Positions 51,638 through 64,000 of a stretch of 64,000 nt of DNA are shown here, piece by piece (positions within the stretch are counted from its first letter, which is position 1; the number at the start of each line of letters is the position of its first letter). Location of the stretch: positions 249,800,001-249,864,000 of the forward strand of contig NC_086097.1 in the NCBI RefSeq assembly GCF_963921235.1. Direction: 5' to 3'. Both the position numbers and the translations under genes were made by a program. This DNA comes from Mobula hypostoma. Its lineage: Eukaryota. Below the pieces are notes generated by a model. The model worked only from the letters and a program-made list of their open reading frames with translations, made no database searches and was not told where the DNA came from.

Positions 51638-53509
51638 TCTCTCTCTGGCTATCCATCCCGTAGGATGATGATGGTTCCTTTCAGTCATTTAGTGGGGTTT
51701 GATATGTTTGTTCTGGAGTGACTGTACAGGCCGATCCTTGACAGCCACTGCTTGCCACATACTTGGCAGGTGAGGCCTGGAGGGACAGAGGGGGTAGAAG
51801 CTCTGTTGTGGCGCTTCCTGTGCCTTTCCTCTGTTGCCTCGTTCAGCTTGTTCTCAGCAGCGTCCACACTTTTTCTGATGGCGTCCCTCCACTGTGAGCA
51901 ATCTTGAGCCAGATCCTCCCATGTTGATGGGGCAACTGGCCTCCTCGTCTTCAGGTACCGCTGGACAGTTGGCCGTACAAGATGTCCTTGGGCAGTCTTC
52001 CGTCAGGCATTCTGACAACATGTCCTGCCTGGCGCATTTGGGCTGACATCACCAAGGTTGAAACGCTGGCATTCCGGCTCGAGAGAGGACCTCGGTATTG
52101 GAGACCTTGTCTCGCCAGGTGATCTTCATCAGAGAATGTAGGTGACGCTGCTGCAGTTGGTCAAGCTGGCGTAAGTGACTCTGATATGGGCACCATGTCT
52201 CACATCCGTATAACAAGGTTGATACGACAACGGCCCTGTATACCCTGTATTAGATGGCCAACCTGACGTTCTGTGACCAAACTCGATCTTTCAGCTGACC
52301 AAAGGCAACGCAGGCTTTACTGGTTCTCGACTCAATCTCTACATCCAGAGAAGCTGAGGATGTTATTATGCTGCCCAGGTAGCAAAACTTGTTGACAGCA
52401 TTGAGACGAGTGTCATCAATGAGGACAGTTGGTTCTTCATAGCTTGAGCCAGGAGCCGGTGGATACAAAACTTCCGTCCTTTTCAGGCTGATTGTCAGTC
52501 CGAAGCTTTTGGCTGCACTGGCAAAACGACTGGTGATCTCCCATAAGTCTTCGAGAGAGTGGGCAACCAGTGCACAGTCATCAGCAAACTGTAGCTCATG
52601 CACCACAATGTCCCTGACTTTTGTTTTTGGTCTCAGTCTTGCGAGGTTGAGGAGCCCGCCATCAGCCCTCGTTTGTAGGAAGACCCCTAACTTCAGGTCT
52701 GATGTGGCATCCTGAAGAACAGCAGCGAAGAATAGTTCAAACAAAGCAGGAGCCAGAACACAACCCTGTTTTACGCCGTTGCTGATGGAAAATGGATCTG
52801 ACAACTCACCACACATGTTGATGCAGCCTTCTATACCTTCGTGGAACTGACAGATGCTCAGTCGTGGGGGGCAACCGAATTTTGGTAGGAGCTCCCACAG
52901 GCCATCTCTACCAAGTGTCAAATGCTTTGGTTAGATCAACAAATGTGACATAGAGACTTCTCTGCTGCTCAACACATTTCTCTTGGAGCTGCCTCAGTGA
53001 AAAGATCATGTCCACTGTGCTACAGCCTGTTCGAAACCACACTGGCTTTCTGGAAGGATGTTGTCACTGATGTTGGACATCAAGTGTCTAAGGATGATCT
53101 CTGTGAGGCATTTTCCCGCAACTGACAGAAGAGAGATGCCACGGTAATTGTTGCAGTCTCTCTTGTCTCGTAGATGGTCACGATTGATGCGTCTTTGAAG
53201 TCTTGTGGTAGTTCTGCAGCTCTCCACAACTTTGTGAACAGCTGGTGCAGGCATGATGTCAGTGTGTGCCCACCATATGGGTAGATCTCAGCTGTGATAC
53301 CGTCAGGCCCTGGTGCTTTGTTGGGCTTTAGCTGTTTGATGGCTTTGATGACCTCATGAAGAGTAGGGGGAGTATCTAGCTCGAACAGTATGGGTCGAGG
53401 GTGTACTCTGCCCAGTGCTTCATCGGTGATGGTTCCTGGTCTGTTCAGCTGCTCGTGGAAGTGTTCTTGCCATCTTTTCATGTCCTCTGACTTCTCAGTG
53501 AAGATGGAT
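51638..53509 (-). mobile_element. 5'-truncated RTE-clade LINE inserted in a Rex1 fragment
   Basis: GVKQGCVLAP, LQFADDCAL and C-terminal zinc finger CQVCGK..SRIGLYSH; (GA)n tail; TSD GTACCC at 51632-51637 and 53510-53515. Confidence 0.93.
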
Positions 53510-54654
53510 GTACCCAAGGTGGAGCTGACTAAATTTACAATCATCTGCAGCTTCTTTCGGTCATGCCCCTCACCATATCAGACAATGATGTAGTCTGTCA
53601 GATCTGACACTGTCTGTGAGGAGGTTGTACGTTCTCCCCGTGACCGCATGAGTGTCCTCCCAGTGCTCTGGTTTCCTCCCAGAGACCGACAATATACCAG
53701 TTAGTAGGTTAATTGATCTTTGTAAAATTTCCTGTGATTAAGCTAGTTTTAAATAGGTGGGTTACTGGGTGGCGTGGCTCAAAGGACCAGAAAGGCCCGT
53801 TCTGCATTGCATCTCTAAATAATTAAATAACTCCAACCAACATTATCCCCACCGAAATTCAGCCAAATCTTTGGCAGCTTCTGCTCCTTCACTTATCTAC
53901 TCTGGCTTCTTCCCCCTTTCTTTCCAGTCTAGAGGAAGGTGTCAGCCCAAACCATTGACCTTTATCATTTCCAGAGATGCCGTCTGACCTGCTGAGTTCC
54001 TCCAGCCTTTGGTCAACCAGAAAGGTTCCTGCAATGCTCCATTAATTTCATGATCACCTGTATTCATACTCTTTATTTGAGATTTAACCTTGTCTACTGA
54101 GGTTGGATGAAACTAGAACTAGAGGTCAGGAGTTAAGGGTGAAAGGTAAAATGTCTAAGGGGAACGAGGGGAAAATTCTTCACTCATTAGGTGGTGAGTG
54201 TGGCATGAGCTAATGGAGGAAATAGTGGATGTGGGATCGATTTGAACATCTAAGGGAAATTTGGATAAGTACATGGTTGGAAGGGGTATGGAGGGCTATG
54301 GTCTGGGTGCAGGTCGATGGGACTAGGCAGAATAATAGTTTGGCACAGACTAGATGGGCTGAAGGGCCTGTTCCTGTGCTGTTGCGATTTATAACAGTTT
54401 ACCAAAGAGCTGCCACCTAGCTGGGGGAGCTGCTGACCGAATGGAACCTAGGAATGGAGAGCACAAACAAGATGCAGAAATACAAGAGGTTCTGCTGAGC
54501 TGGAAATCCAAAGCTACCCACACAAAATGTTGGAGGAACTCAGCAGGTCAGGCAGCATCCATGGAAATGCCAGGATGGCATGAATATTAATCTCTTCTTC
54601 CAGTTATTCTTTTTTCTTTTCCCTTCCCTCTTCTTCAATTCCCCACTCTGATCT

Positions 54655-57600
54655 TGTACCATATAGCCTACTGTATAATATAGGACTACTTTATGTTGTA
54701 GTAATACATCGTATTGAGCATGCACTATTGGGCGCGTATGGATCTGTATATATGTGTGTTCAGTTCGGTTTCAGTTAGTAAAGAACCCTGTTAATGTAGC
54801 TCCAGTCTCCAGCATTCTTATTAATGATATTGTTGTGTGAACAGCCACATGCACAACAAATTGGCGATGAGGTTAATGAACCTACACCGTATCGGAATGC
54901 CGCGTTGTAAGTGATAACAACACTTGGAAGAAGAGAGCAAGGTACAAGCCAAGGAGCAGGAGGCCATGAGTCCGAAAGGAATTGGAGACACAGTCAGAGC
55001 GGCCGCACATCGGGAGACCAAGAGACCACAGCCAGCACTGACCCCAGGGGCTGAGGGTCTGCCTGCCCCAGAACGGAGATAAAAAAAAAGGAGCGACACA
55101 CACATCTAGCCAGAGTACACTTGCAATGCTAGCAAAAAAAAAGGTCACGTGAGTCAAAAAGAAAACAAGGGCCTGGGGCTAAATTAACATAACAAGGATG
55201 GTGTTAATTGGAAACATTACAGCATTTGATAGTCGCATTGAAGACTGGGCAATTTATATTGAAAGAATAGAGTTATATTGTGATGCTAATGAATCAATGA
55301 AGAAAAGAAAGCCAGCGTCTTTCATAGTGTAATGGGCGCGAAAACATACGTCCTGCTACGGAGCTTGTTAACCCCTGAAAAGCCAGCTGACAAAACATTC
55401 AAGCCAACAGTAGACACTCTCCAACAGCATTTAAACCCCAAACTGCTGGTCATTGCTGAAAGATTTAAATTCCATAAACAGAATCAGAGCAAAAATAAAA
55501 GCATTTCTGAATATTGTCTAGAATATTGTGCTGAACTGCACAGATTATCAGAACACTGTTAGTTTGGAGCTGGTCTATCAGACACATTGAGGGACAGGTT
55601 AGTGTGTGGCATGCACTGTGAAACCACACAGAAGAAGCTCCTGTGTGAAAAAGACCTTACATTCGAGAAAGTGCTAAACATCTCAATATCAACGGAAACA
55701 GCAGCATGATACGCTTCCAAGACACAACAAAAATCTATGGAATATGCCACAAATAAAATGTCACTGAACAGAAATGAAGGAAAGAAACAGGTCACATGAC
55801 CCTGATGATTGTTGATTTAAAGATAAAGAATGCAGAAACTGTGGCAAACAGGGCCACATTGGCAGAGTATGCAAAGCAGAAAAAGGACAAAATACAGAGA
55901 AACAAGAAACCCCAGAAAGGAAAATACGACAATGTGCACAAAATGAAAGAAAACAATGCTGATGAAAACTACTCAGACAAAAGTGAGTTGTCTTGTCTGC
56001 AACTTCACAACGTGAAAGACACAGATGATTGAAGAGAAATATGGATCACTCCACAAGTGGCTGGCGTGAGATTCAGGCTACGTCCACACTAGACCGGATA
56101 AATCCGTAACCAAAGCTTTTTCTTTTCGTTTTCACCCTCCGTCCGCACTGAAACGGCGTTTTCCTCCCCCAAAAACGAAGCTTTTCAGAAACGCTCTCCA
56201 AAAGTGAATAAATCTGAAAATGCCTAACGGCCGGTGTAGTGTGTACGGGGTAACCGGCTCTTTTTAAAACCGCCGTCATGACATGCCGGAACAGATGGTG
56301 GCGGCAGCGCTGCATTTCATTGTTTTCTTGAACACAACCTCCAACACCACAACAAGAATGGCTTCATGCATGTGTTGTTCACTTTATTGTCTACGCTAAT
56401 TTCAAACCCCCCCCTCCCCCACATAAGCTAACGATTTCAGGACAGACAGCAATGAGGTTAAGCCAGAAGAGTCAGAAATATACTCACCAAATACTCTGAC
56501 CCATAACTTACTGAATACTGAATAAATAAGTATACTCACTTTGCCCTGTTTTCTGTCCTTGCTTGTATGAAGGTGGTTTACGTATTTATGCAAGTACTTC
56601 TCTGACAATAGATGTGTAACAGCCTAATGTAACATTGTATGGAAATACAAGATAACACTGATGCAGACATGTTTTATACATTTAACGAGGTGTTTTATTA
56701 ATGTATTGCTTGTGCAAACATTCAATAGATGCAATTGTCACTACTTCCAAAATGTCATTTTTGAGTAGTAGCTTATGTTTGGCATAGACGTGAAATGTTA
56801 AGGCCAAAAAAGGAAAATTGTAAGTTTCACTTTTACTCAGGTAAAAATAAAATCACTTTTGCCCAGTAACTCGTTTATGTTAAATACAGCAAAATAATAC
56901 AGAAAGACATGGCAAAAGTAAAGGCAAACAAATGAGGTAACAGCAAATATCACTTTTGCTCAGTAACAAGCCTTATTGCATTTAGTTGTAGCTGTCGCCC
57001 TTTCATCGGTGAAGAGACTATGGCTGTAGGAAATGTTTCCAGGGTGATCCCTCTGTGGGAGTGGGGAAGATGTTGGTGGGGCCACCCGGGGGTCTGTGTG
57101 TCCGTATGTGTCGCTATTGTAGTGGCTGTGAGGCTGGTATTGTGGCGGTGAAAAGTACTGGGGGGGAGCCATCATATTCCAAATCCCTCTGCGACAGAGT
57201 TAGTCAGTTTTTCAATGTTCGTCGTCAGCCGTGAACTCCCTGTCGGTTGCCTCCATATGCTGGAGTATTTGTTTTTTTAATTTTAAGTCCTCCTGTGCGA
57301 GAGCCAACAGCTGTCCCGTCGTTTGGCAATTTCCTTTTAAGTTTTTCTAGTCTGTAACTGGACAATCACGCCCCAAGTCTTTCACTGTGAGATTTGACAC
57401 CAAACATGTCGCAGCCATCACCTGTTGCTTGGTCCAAACTGTCGGAGTCAGGCGTACTCGTCGAGGCAGGTGAATTCTGTAGATGTGTCCTACGCATGCC
57501 CAGTAGGAGGAGATTCACCCAAATACCCATTTTAATATGTTCAGAGGTATTTTCAAAAATGCTTGGTGTGGACGCCTATTGTTTTTACGCAAAACCGCCG

Positions 57601-60600
57601 TTTTCAAAATTATCTGGTCTAGTGGACGTAGCCTGAAAATGGAGTTGGACACAGGTTGAGCTTTAACAGTGATCTCTGTACACGACTACAATCGACTGTT
57701 TTCTCACATACCTCTGAAATGAACTAAACTACCGCTAAAGACTTACACAGGACAGAAAGCGCGTCCCAAAGGTAAAATTAATGTGACAGTGACCTATGGA
57801 GACAAAACACTCTATGTACTGAAAATTGGAGGACCACCGTTGCTGGGACGTAAATGGCTCAGGAAAATTCAGTCGGATTGGCACACCATCAAGGCACTAA
57901 ATGGGTCAGCAAAGGAGGGCAGCAAGGCTACATCTGTCACAAATACTTGCTGGCTCTGAAGAAGTATTCATGAAAGGAATAGAGCACATCAGGGCATGAA
58001 GGCAAAGACTGAGATTGAGGAAAATGCATGTCCAAAATTTTACAAAGCCAGACCAGTGCCATATGCAATCTATCCAACGGTAGAGGCAGAGCTGAAAAAT
58101 CTGGAGCAGACTGGGGTCCTGTCAAAGGTGGATTGGAGTTAATGGGCCACGCCTATTGTTCCAGTGATGAAGAAAACCCCCAGCACAAAACCAGGAACAC
58201 CAAGCAAGGTGCACATATGTGATGACTTTAAAGTGACTGTTAACCCAGTTCTCCTCACAGTACAGTGTCCTCTACCTCGTATTGAGGACACCTTTGCTTC
58301 CCTGTCAGGAGGGGAACATTTCACAAAAATTGATTTGGCCCAGGCTTACCTCCAAATGGAAATCGAGGAAGCATCCAAGAAATACCTGACAATAAATACA
58401 CACAAAGGACTTTACCAGTACAACAGGTTGGTGTTTGGGATAGCATCAGCTCCTGCAATCTGGCAAAGGGCAATGGACCAGTCCTGCAGGGGATTCCAGG
58501 GACTCAGTGTTACCCGGATGACATCATTGTCACCGGCAAGGATGACGATGAACATCTTTCTAACCTAAAACAAGTGCTCACCAGGTTACGAGAATATGGG
58601 CTCAGAGCTAATCGACAGAAATGTGAGTTTTTCAAAAAGGAAACTTCATACTGTGGGCATGTGATCAACAAGGATGGCTTACACATGTCTCAAGACAAGA
58701 TAGAAGCAGTGCTTAAGGCACCACCACCTGAAAATGTGTCTCAGCTGAGAGCCTATCTTGGTCTAGTGAACTACTACCACAAGTTCTTGCCTAACCTATC
58801 CACAGTCCTACACCCATTAAATGCATTATTACAGGCAGGGACACAATGGAAGTGGACTGAGAGCTGTGAGAAAACATTTCAAGAAACTAAAAGACTCATA
58901 ACTTCACAAGGGGTGCTCGCGCATTTTGACCTCTCCTTACCTATCTGACTATCTTGTGATGCCTCACCCCATGGGATAGGAGCTGCATTATCGCACAAGT
59001 TTCCAGATGGCTCAGAAAGACCAATAGCCTTTGCCTCAAGAATGCTAACTTCAGCTGAACGCAACTACGCACAGATTGACAGAGCCCCATGTGGGGAGTC
59101 AATACCTGTAAGGCCAAAAGTTTACTCTGTTGACTGACCATCAGCCTCTCATGTCAATCTTGAACCCAAGGAAAGGTGTTCCAGTGATGACAGCACAAAG
59201 GCTACAGCAATGGTCTCTTTTCTTAGGAGGTCACAGGTATGATATTGAACACAAGGGGACCAAGCAACATGGCAATGCAGATGTGTTGTCATGTTTACCA
59301 TTGCCCACTTCCAAGGTAACTACACAAACGGATTCAGCAGAGGTCTTTCACACAACAATAGTTGAACAATTACCAGTAACAAATAGCCTTACTGAAAGGG
59401 AAACACACAATGACCTTATGTTGTCAAAAGTGTATGACATCACGGTAAAGGGAAGTCCAGCGCGGGGTAACACACTGTTTCCAGCCTTTTCAACGAGGAA
59501 GGAGCAGTTGTCAGTGCGTCGGGGAACACTAATGTGTGGCTCACGAGTTGTGATTCCTCCCAAGCTACGCACCAGAGTGCGGGAGGAACTACATGAGGGG
59601 CACCTGGGTACCGTGAAGATGAAAGGTCTTGCCCGTGCCTATGTGTGGTGGCCAGGAATCGATAAACAGATTGAGGACTTGACCAAGAACTGCTCTGGAT
59701 GTCAAAAGATCCAGAACACACCACCACAAGCCCCCCTCCATCCATGGGAGTGGCCCTCATCACCATGGCAACGAGTGCACATCGACTTTGCTGGACAATT
59801 CATGGACTCTATTTTTTTAATCGCTGTCGATGCACAAATGGCCAGAGGTTATCAAAATGAAGTCAACCACATCAGAATAGACCATTACAGTTCTGAGGAC
59901 CATGTTCGCCAGGAATGGCATACCAGAACAAGTCTGCACAGAAAATGGACGACAAGTTGTCTCTAAAGAATTCCAAAATTTTAGGAAGAACAATGGAATC
60001 AAGCACTTTACATCATCTGCCCCTTATCATCCATCCACAAATGGCTTGGCAGAAAAATTTGTACAGACATTCAAGAAAGCCATCAAGGCAATGGACAGCG
60101 AAAATCGACCACTGCAACACAAGATAGACAAATTTCTCCTTGCTCATCATAATGCAGTACATGCAACCACTAATCAGACTCCAGCGGTGATGTTTCTGAA
60201 CAGGAACCTGAGGTCCCTCATGGATCTTCTCAAACCAGATGTACAGCGTGATATGGAGAACAGACAGTTCAAACACTTGAATGCTAAGTCAACACGAAGG
60301 TTCAGTGTGGGACAGTCAGTTCTTGCACGTGATTACCGGACTGAAAAGTGGCAGCCGGGTACAATTTCCGCCATAGACGGGCCACTGATGTATAGAATAC
60401 AGGTGGGACAGAACGTATGGAGACGTCATGTGGATCAAATCCTGGATGCTCAGGTGAAAAACACAACACCTTGCCCTGACTCCCTGGACATAGAAACAAA
60501 CACTCCTGATGTGACCACATCAGCCTCATCCACAGATAAGCCTGTCATCAGTGCTGAGGACCCACCTGATGTACCTGTGGAGACTAATCCCCCAAAGCAA

Positions 60601-61000
60601 ATGTTTCAGGGCAGATGTTACCTGGAGAGGCAGAGAAGACCCCCCCCAGAGACTTGAGTTGTAATTATAATTATTATTATGTTACTTTATTATAATTTGA
60701 TATTAAATTACAAAGTAAATAATTGGTAAGTGTTGTATGTTAAGGGTACACATATTTGTTTAGCGTAGTGCCCCCAGGAAAAAAAGTTGATACACTATTA
60801 AAATAAAAGAGGAGGAGTGTACCATATAGCCTACTGCATAATAGAGGACTACTTTATGTTGTAGTAATACATCGTATTGAGCATGTGTGTATAGATCTGT
60901 ATATATGTGTGTTCAGTTAGTAAAGAACTCTGTTCACATAACTCCAGTTTCCAGCGTTTTTATTAATGATATTGTTGTGTAAACGGCCACATACGCAACA
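54655..61000 (+). mobile_element. Full-length decayed Gypsy/Ty3 LTR retrotransposon
   Basis: TG...CA LTRs at 54655-54858 and 60818-61000; PBS TGGCGATGAGG (54862); PPT AAAAGAGGAGGAG; TSD GATCT/GACCT. gag from about 55197, then PR (ELDTG), RT (YPDD), RNase H and IN (HEGH..CSGC, VHIDFAG) with stops and frameshifts. Confidence 0.97.
56076..57633. mobile_element. PIF/Harbinger-type non-autonomous DNA transposon inserted in the Gypsy protease region
   Basis: TIR GGCTACGTCCAC...GTGGACGTAGCC with TCA/TGA flanks. Removing it restores VRLKMELDTG. Confidence 0.85.
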
Positions 61001-61926
61001 GACCTCTTACCCCTTCTCCTCAAATACCTATCACCACCCCACTGGTGACCCTCCTCCTCCCCTTTCTCCAATAGTCCACTCTCCTCTCCTATCAGATTCC
61101 TTCCTCTCCTGTCCTTTACCTTTCCCACCCACCTGGCTTCACCTGACACCTTGTCCTCCCTTCCTTCCCCCACCGTTTTATTCTGGTGTTTCCCCCCCTC
61201 CTTTCCAATCCTGATGAAGGGTCTCAGTCTGAAATGTCAGAATCAGAATCAGGCTTTATATCACTGGCATATGTCATGAAATTTGTTGTAATGCTGCAGC
61301 AGTACAGTGCAATACATAATAACAAAAACTGTAAATTACATAAGCATATATATATTTCTCAAAGTTAAATTAAATAAGCAGTGCAAACAGATTTTTAAGA
61401 AATAATGAGGTAGTAATGGGTTCATTGTCCATTCAGTAATCTGACAGTGGTGGGTTCCTCAATCAATGATTGTGTGTCTTCAAGCTCCTGTACCACCTCC
61501 TTGATGGTAGCAATGAGAAGATGGCATGTCCTGGGTGATGGGGGTCCTTAGTGGTGGATACTGCCTTTCTGAGGCTTCACTCCTTGAAAGTGTACTGGAT
61601 GCTGGGGAGACTAGTGCCTATGATGGAGCTGACTGAGTTCACAACTTTCTGCAGCTTGTTTTGATCCTGTGCAATGGCCAAACCCCACACCAGACAGGGA
61701 TGCAGTTAGTTCGAATGCTCTCCACAGTACACCTGTAGAAATTTGTGAGTGCCTCTGGTGACATACCAAGACTCCTCAAACTCCTGCCATGCCTGCCTTG
61801 TAACTGCATAAATGTGTTGAGCCAAATGTCGATTGTTTATTCATTTCCATTGATGCTGCCTGACCTGCTGAGTTCCTCCAGGATTTTGTGTGTGTTGAAC
61901 ATGAAACAAGACTAGAATCTCTGGCA

Positions 61927-62072
61927 ACACTCACAACACGCTGGAAGAACTCAGCAGGTCAGGCAGCATCCGTGGAAAAGATCTTTTCCACGGATGCTGC
62001 CTGACCTGCTGAGTTCCTTCAGCGTGTTGTCAGTGTTACTTTGAGCCCAGCATCTGCAGAGTATTTTGTGTT
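61927..62072. mobile_element. Penelope-derived fold-back mini-element
   Basis: Near-perfect inverted repeat at 61926-62037, centred on AAGATCTT; flanked by the direct repeat TAGAATCT(C/G)TGGCA. Confidence 0.8.
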
Positions 62073-62813
62073 TAGAATCTGTGGCACTGTCCAATTAGAT
62101 AGATATTTAATCATTCACTTTACATCAGCTTAAGTACAATTTTTAAGGGTCAAATTTTAGAATTCAGCTGCAAGTAACACTAGTTTCCAGCAATTCTGGA
62201 ATTACTGAAAGGGGCCAAAATACAATTTTCACGAACTTGTAAAAACTGCAATAGTTGGCATCAAGCATTTCCACTAATTAAGGAAAGAACGTTCCATTCT
62301 GATTAGAAGAGCCAGGTTCAAGAGATAATCATTTCCACACGATGAAAATTATTGTCAAAGTAGTACTCAAATATTTATATTCATATCGTTTAAGGGTCGA
62401 CTCTATAGATACTGCCTGACCTGCTGAGTTCTTCCAGCATTTTGTGTGTTACTTTACATTAATAGCACTCTGTTTTGCAAAGATAAATCCTTCGTAAATC
62501 CTTCCTATAAATTAATTGCGACGTGAAAATCGTTCGGTAGTTGAAAGCTAAGCCCCATTGAAATAGCGCTGTTAAAATCAGAGAACGGTAGTCAACAATT
62601 TCACCAAGAACCGCAAGCGCGCCCCACAAAAGGACACTGCGGCTCTGAGCCTAACCGAACTGGCCAAACTCACGCAGCCAAAAAAAAAATCAGCTTGTGT
62701 ATAAATAGAAGTTTGTCAAGTCAAAACCAAAATCTTTTCCTTATTTTCTTTTTAGAAGAGGGAAGTGATACCGACGCTTTCCACAGGCCTGACTGTGGCT
62801 GGATGCCCCTTAC

Positions 62814-62899
62814 CTTAATTGCTCGCCAGTGATTAAAACCTCGGCCATGTGCTCCAGATCAGCAGTTTTCTTCTGCACCGCGTTGCCAGCTCCTTCCAT
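62814..62899 (-). CDS. DEPTOR: DEPTOR first coding exon (MEGAGNAVQKKTADLEHMAEVLITGEQL-R)
   Basis: Manual reverse-complement translation. ATG at 62899; peptide matches the DEPTOR N-terminal motif LE.MAEVL.TGEQLR; ends AG|GTAAG (phase 2); 86 nt. Not in the ORF track because it is too short. Confidence 0.95.
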
Positions 62900-63696
62900 T
62901 TCGAGGAAGTCTCCGGGACCGATTGCTGCGCCTTGTGGGGAAGGAAAAGGAAGGGGGAAAAAAACGAGTTGATATGCCCCAGCATGGGAGGATTTCCTGG
63001 CGAAGAGACGAGAAAGCCCTCATCGCCAACAGCCACAATAAGTTACAACGCCGACACCAAACACCTCGCATGGAATTGCCAGATAGTATCTCAGCGATTA
63101 TTTTGCTTAAATACAATGTCTCTCTCAACAGAACGCAATTCCATAGACAGGGCTACGGAATCGCACACCGCGTGGCCCTTCGCCAAATCTCAATTAAACC
63201 CCCAAATCAAATATTCGCTGTCGATATAATCACTCCCGTTCTTTATTAACCCTGATACAAATAAGGTTTTGTGCAGCGCGGCTCGTTAAGACATGCCGGT
63301 GTTCTGTTTTGACGTTCAATCCTTGCTGCATTGAACCTCCGTTCAAACATCGGCAGGAATGTTAATAGAATTCCTGACCCGATGCCGACCCGAAACACAA
63401 TAAATCCAGCGCGCACACAACACAACACAGCCCCTGAAGAGCACTCTCTTCAAGATTTCATGCATAATTCACTGAATCTTACGTTTAACTCTGCTATCAA
63501 GCTATAAATTCCATAGCACCGCTTGATCCTGACGTAAATATTATGTTTTCTAAATCTCTTCATTTTTTTCCACAGCGATGCCTTTGAAAAACAAATACAA
63601 TCCTCCTTTTTCGCCCCCCTATCTAAAGCCAGCTTTTCTAAAAAACAAGCATTGCGTTATGCCGCTCAATCTCGAAGCGCTGCCTCGCTTTCTTAC

Positions 63697-63910
63697 GTTC
63701 TGTCACGGAAAGGAAAACGTGCTCGCAGCCCTCCAGTTCCCTCGCTTGCTCTCGGTGTCGGTCTCCGATGAAAGTTTCTCAGCTCTATTTACACCCGAAC
63801 TCGCAGCGGTCCGCTCCACTCCGCTCCAGCCCCCAGCCCCGCCCAGCTCCTCGAACCCAATCCGAGACGCACCTCGGGTCTGCCCTCAGCTCCGGGGAAC
63901 ACGTCAGCCG
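63697..63910 (-). promoter_or_regulatory. CpG-rich promoter and probable non-coding first exon of DEPTOR
   Basis: Reading the minus strand: TGACGTG (63900-63906), CCAAT box (63857-63861), GC box GGGCGGGG (63837-63844), TAAATA (63786-63791), then donor AC|GTAAGA at 63696. CpG density is visibly higher than in the intron. Confidence 0.6.
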
Positions 63911-64000
63911 CGCTCTGCAGCCGGACTGGGAGATCACCAAGACTCAAACATTGTGGGGGGTTTTGCAATTCCAGATTGAATGGGTGATATTTTTAAATCC

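Noticed and set aside
62833..63036. ORF-track peptide MAVGDEG... as the DEPTOR N-terminus
   Set aside because: Wrong frame; the conserved peptide starts at ATG 62899 in another frame.
63578..63979. 133-aa plus-strand ORF as a divergent neighbouring gene
   Set aside because: No recognisable homology; expected by chance in GC-rich promoter DNA.

Overview
Vertebrate nuclear DNA; the repeat landscape (CR1, Rex1/Babar, Penelope-like, tRNA-type SINEs) suggests a cartilaginous fish, which is an inference. The window holds the 5' part of DEPTOR on the minus strand. Coding exon 1 is 62899-62814, exon 2 is 11644-11466 and exon 3 is 7714-7591, with GT-AG junctions that join in frame and encode the first DEP domain. 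A CpG-rich promoter and a probable extra non-coding first exon lie near 63.7-63.9 kb. The rest is intron (intron 1 is about 51 kb) filled with nested, mostly decayed transposons: a full-length two-LTR Gypsy element carrying a Harbinger-type insert, a Tc1 element carrying I/Nimb, Penelope and CR1 inserts, RTE, CR1 and Rex1 LINE pieces, and Tigger4-like and MER2-like elements. The most interesting non-obvious signals are minimal hammerhead-ribozyme motifs in Penelope-derived repeats, including 130-210 bp mini-elements with 13-17 bp flanking duplications; Tigger/MER2 copies resembling mammalian consensus sequences; and an in-frame-skippable exon 2+3 module flanked by inverted repeats. I found no clearly novel protein-coding system. 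Most repeat boundaries are approximate unless a TSD or TIR is cited.
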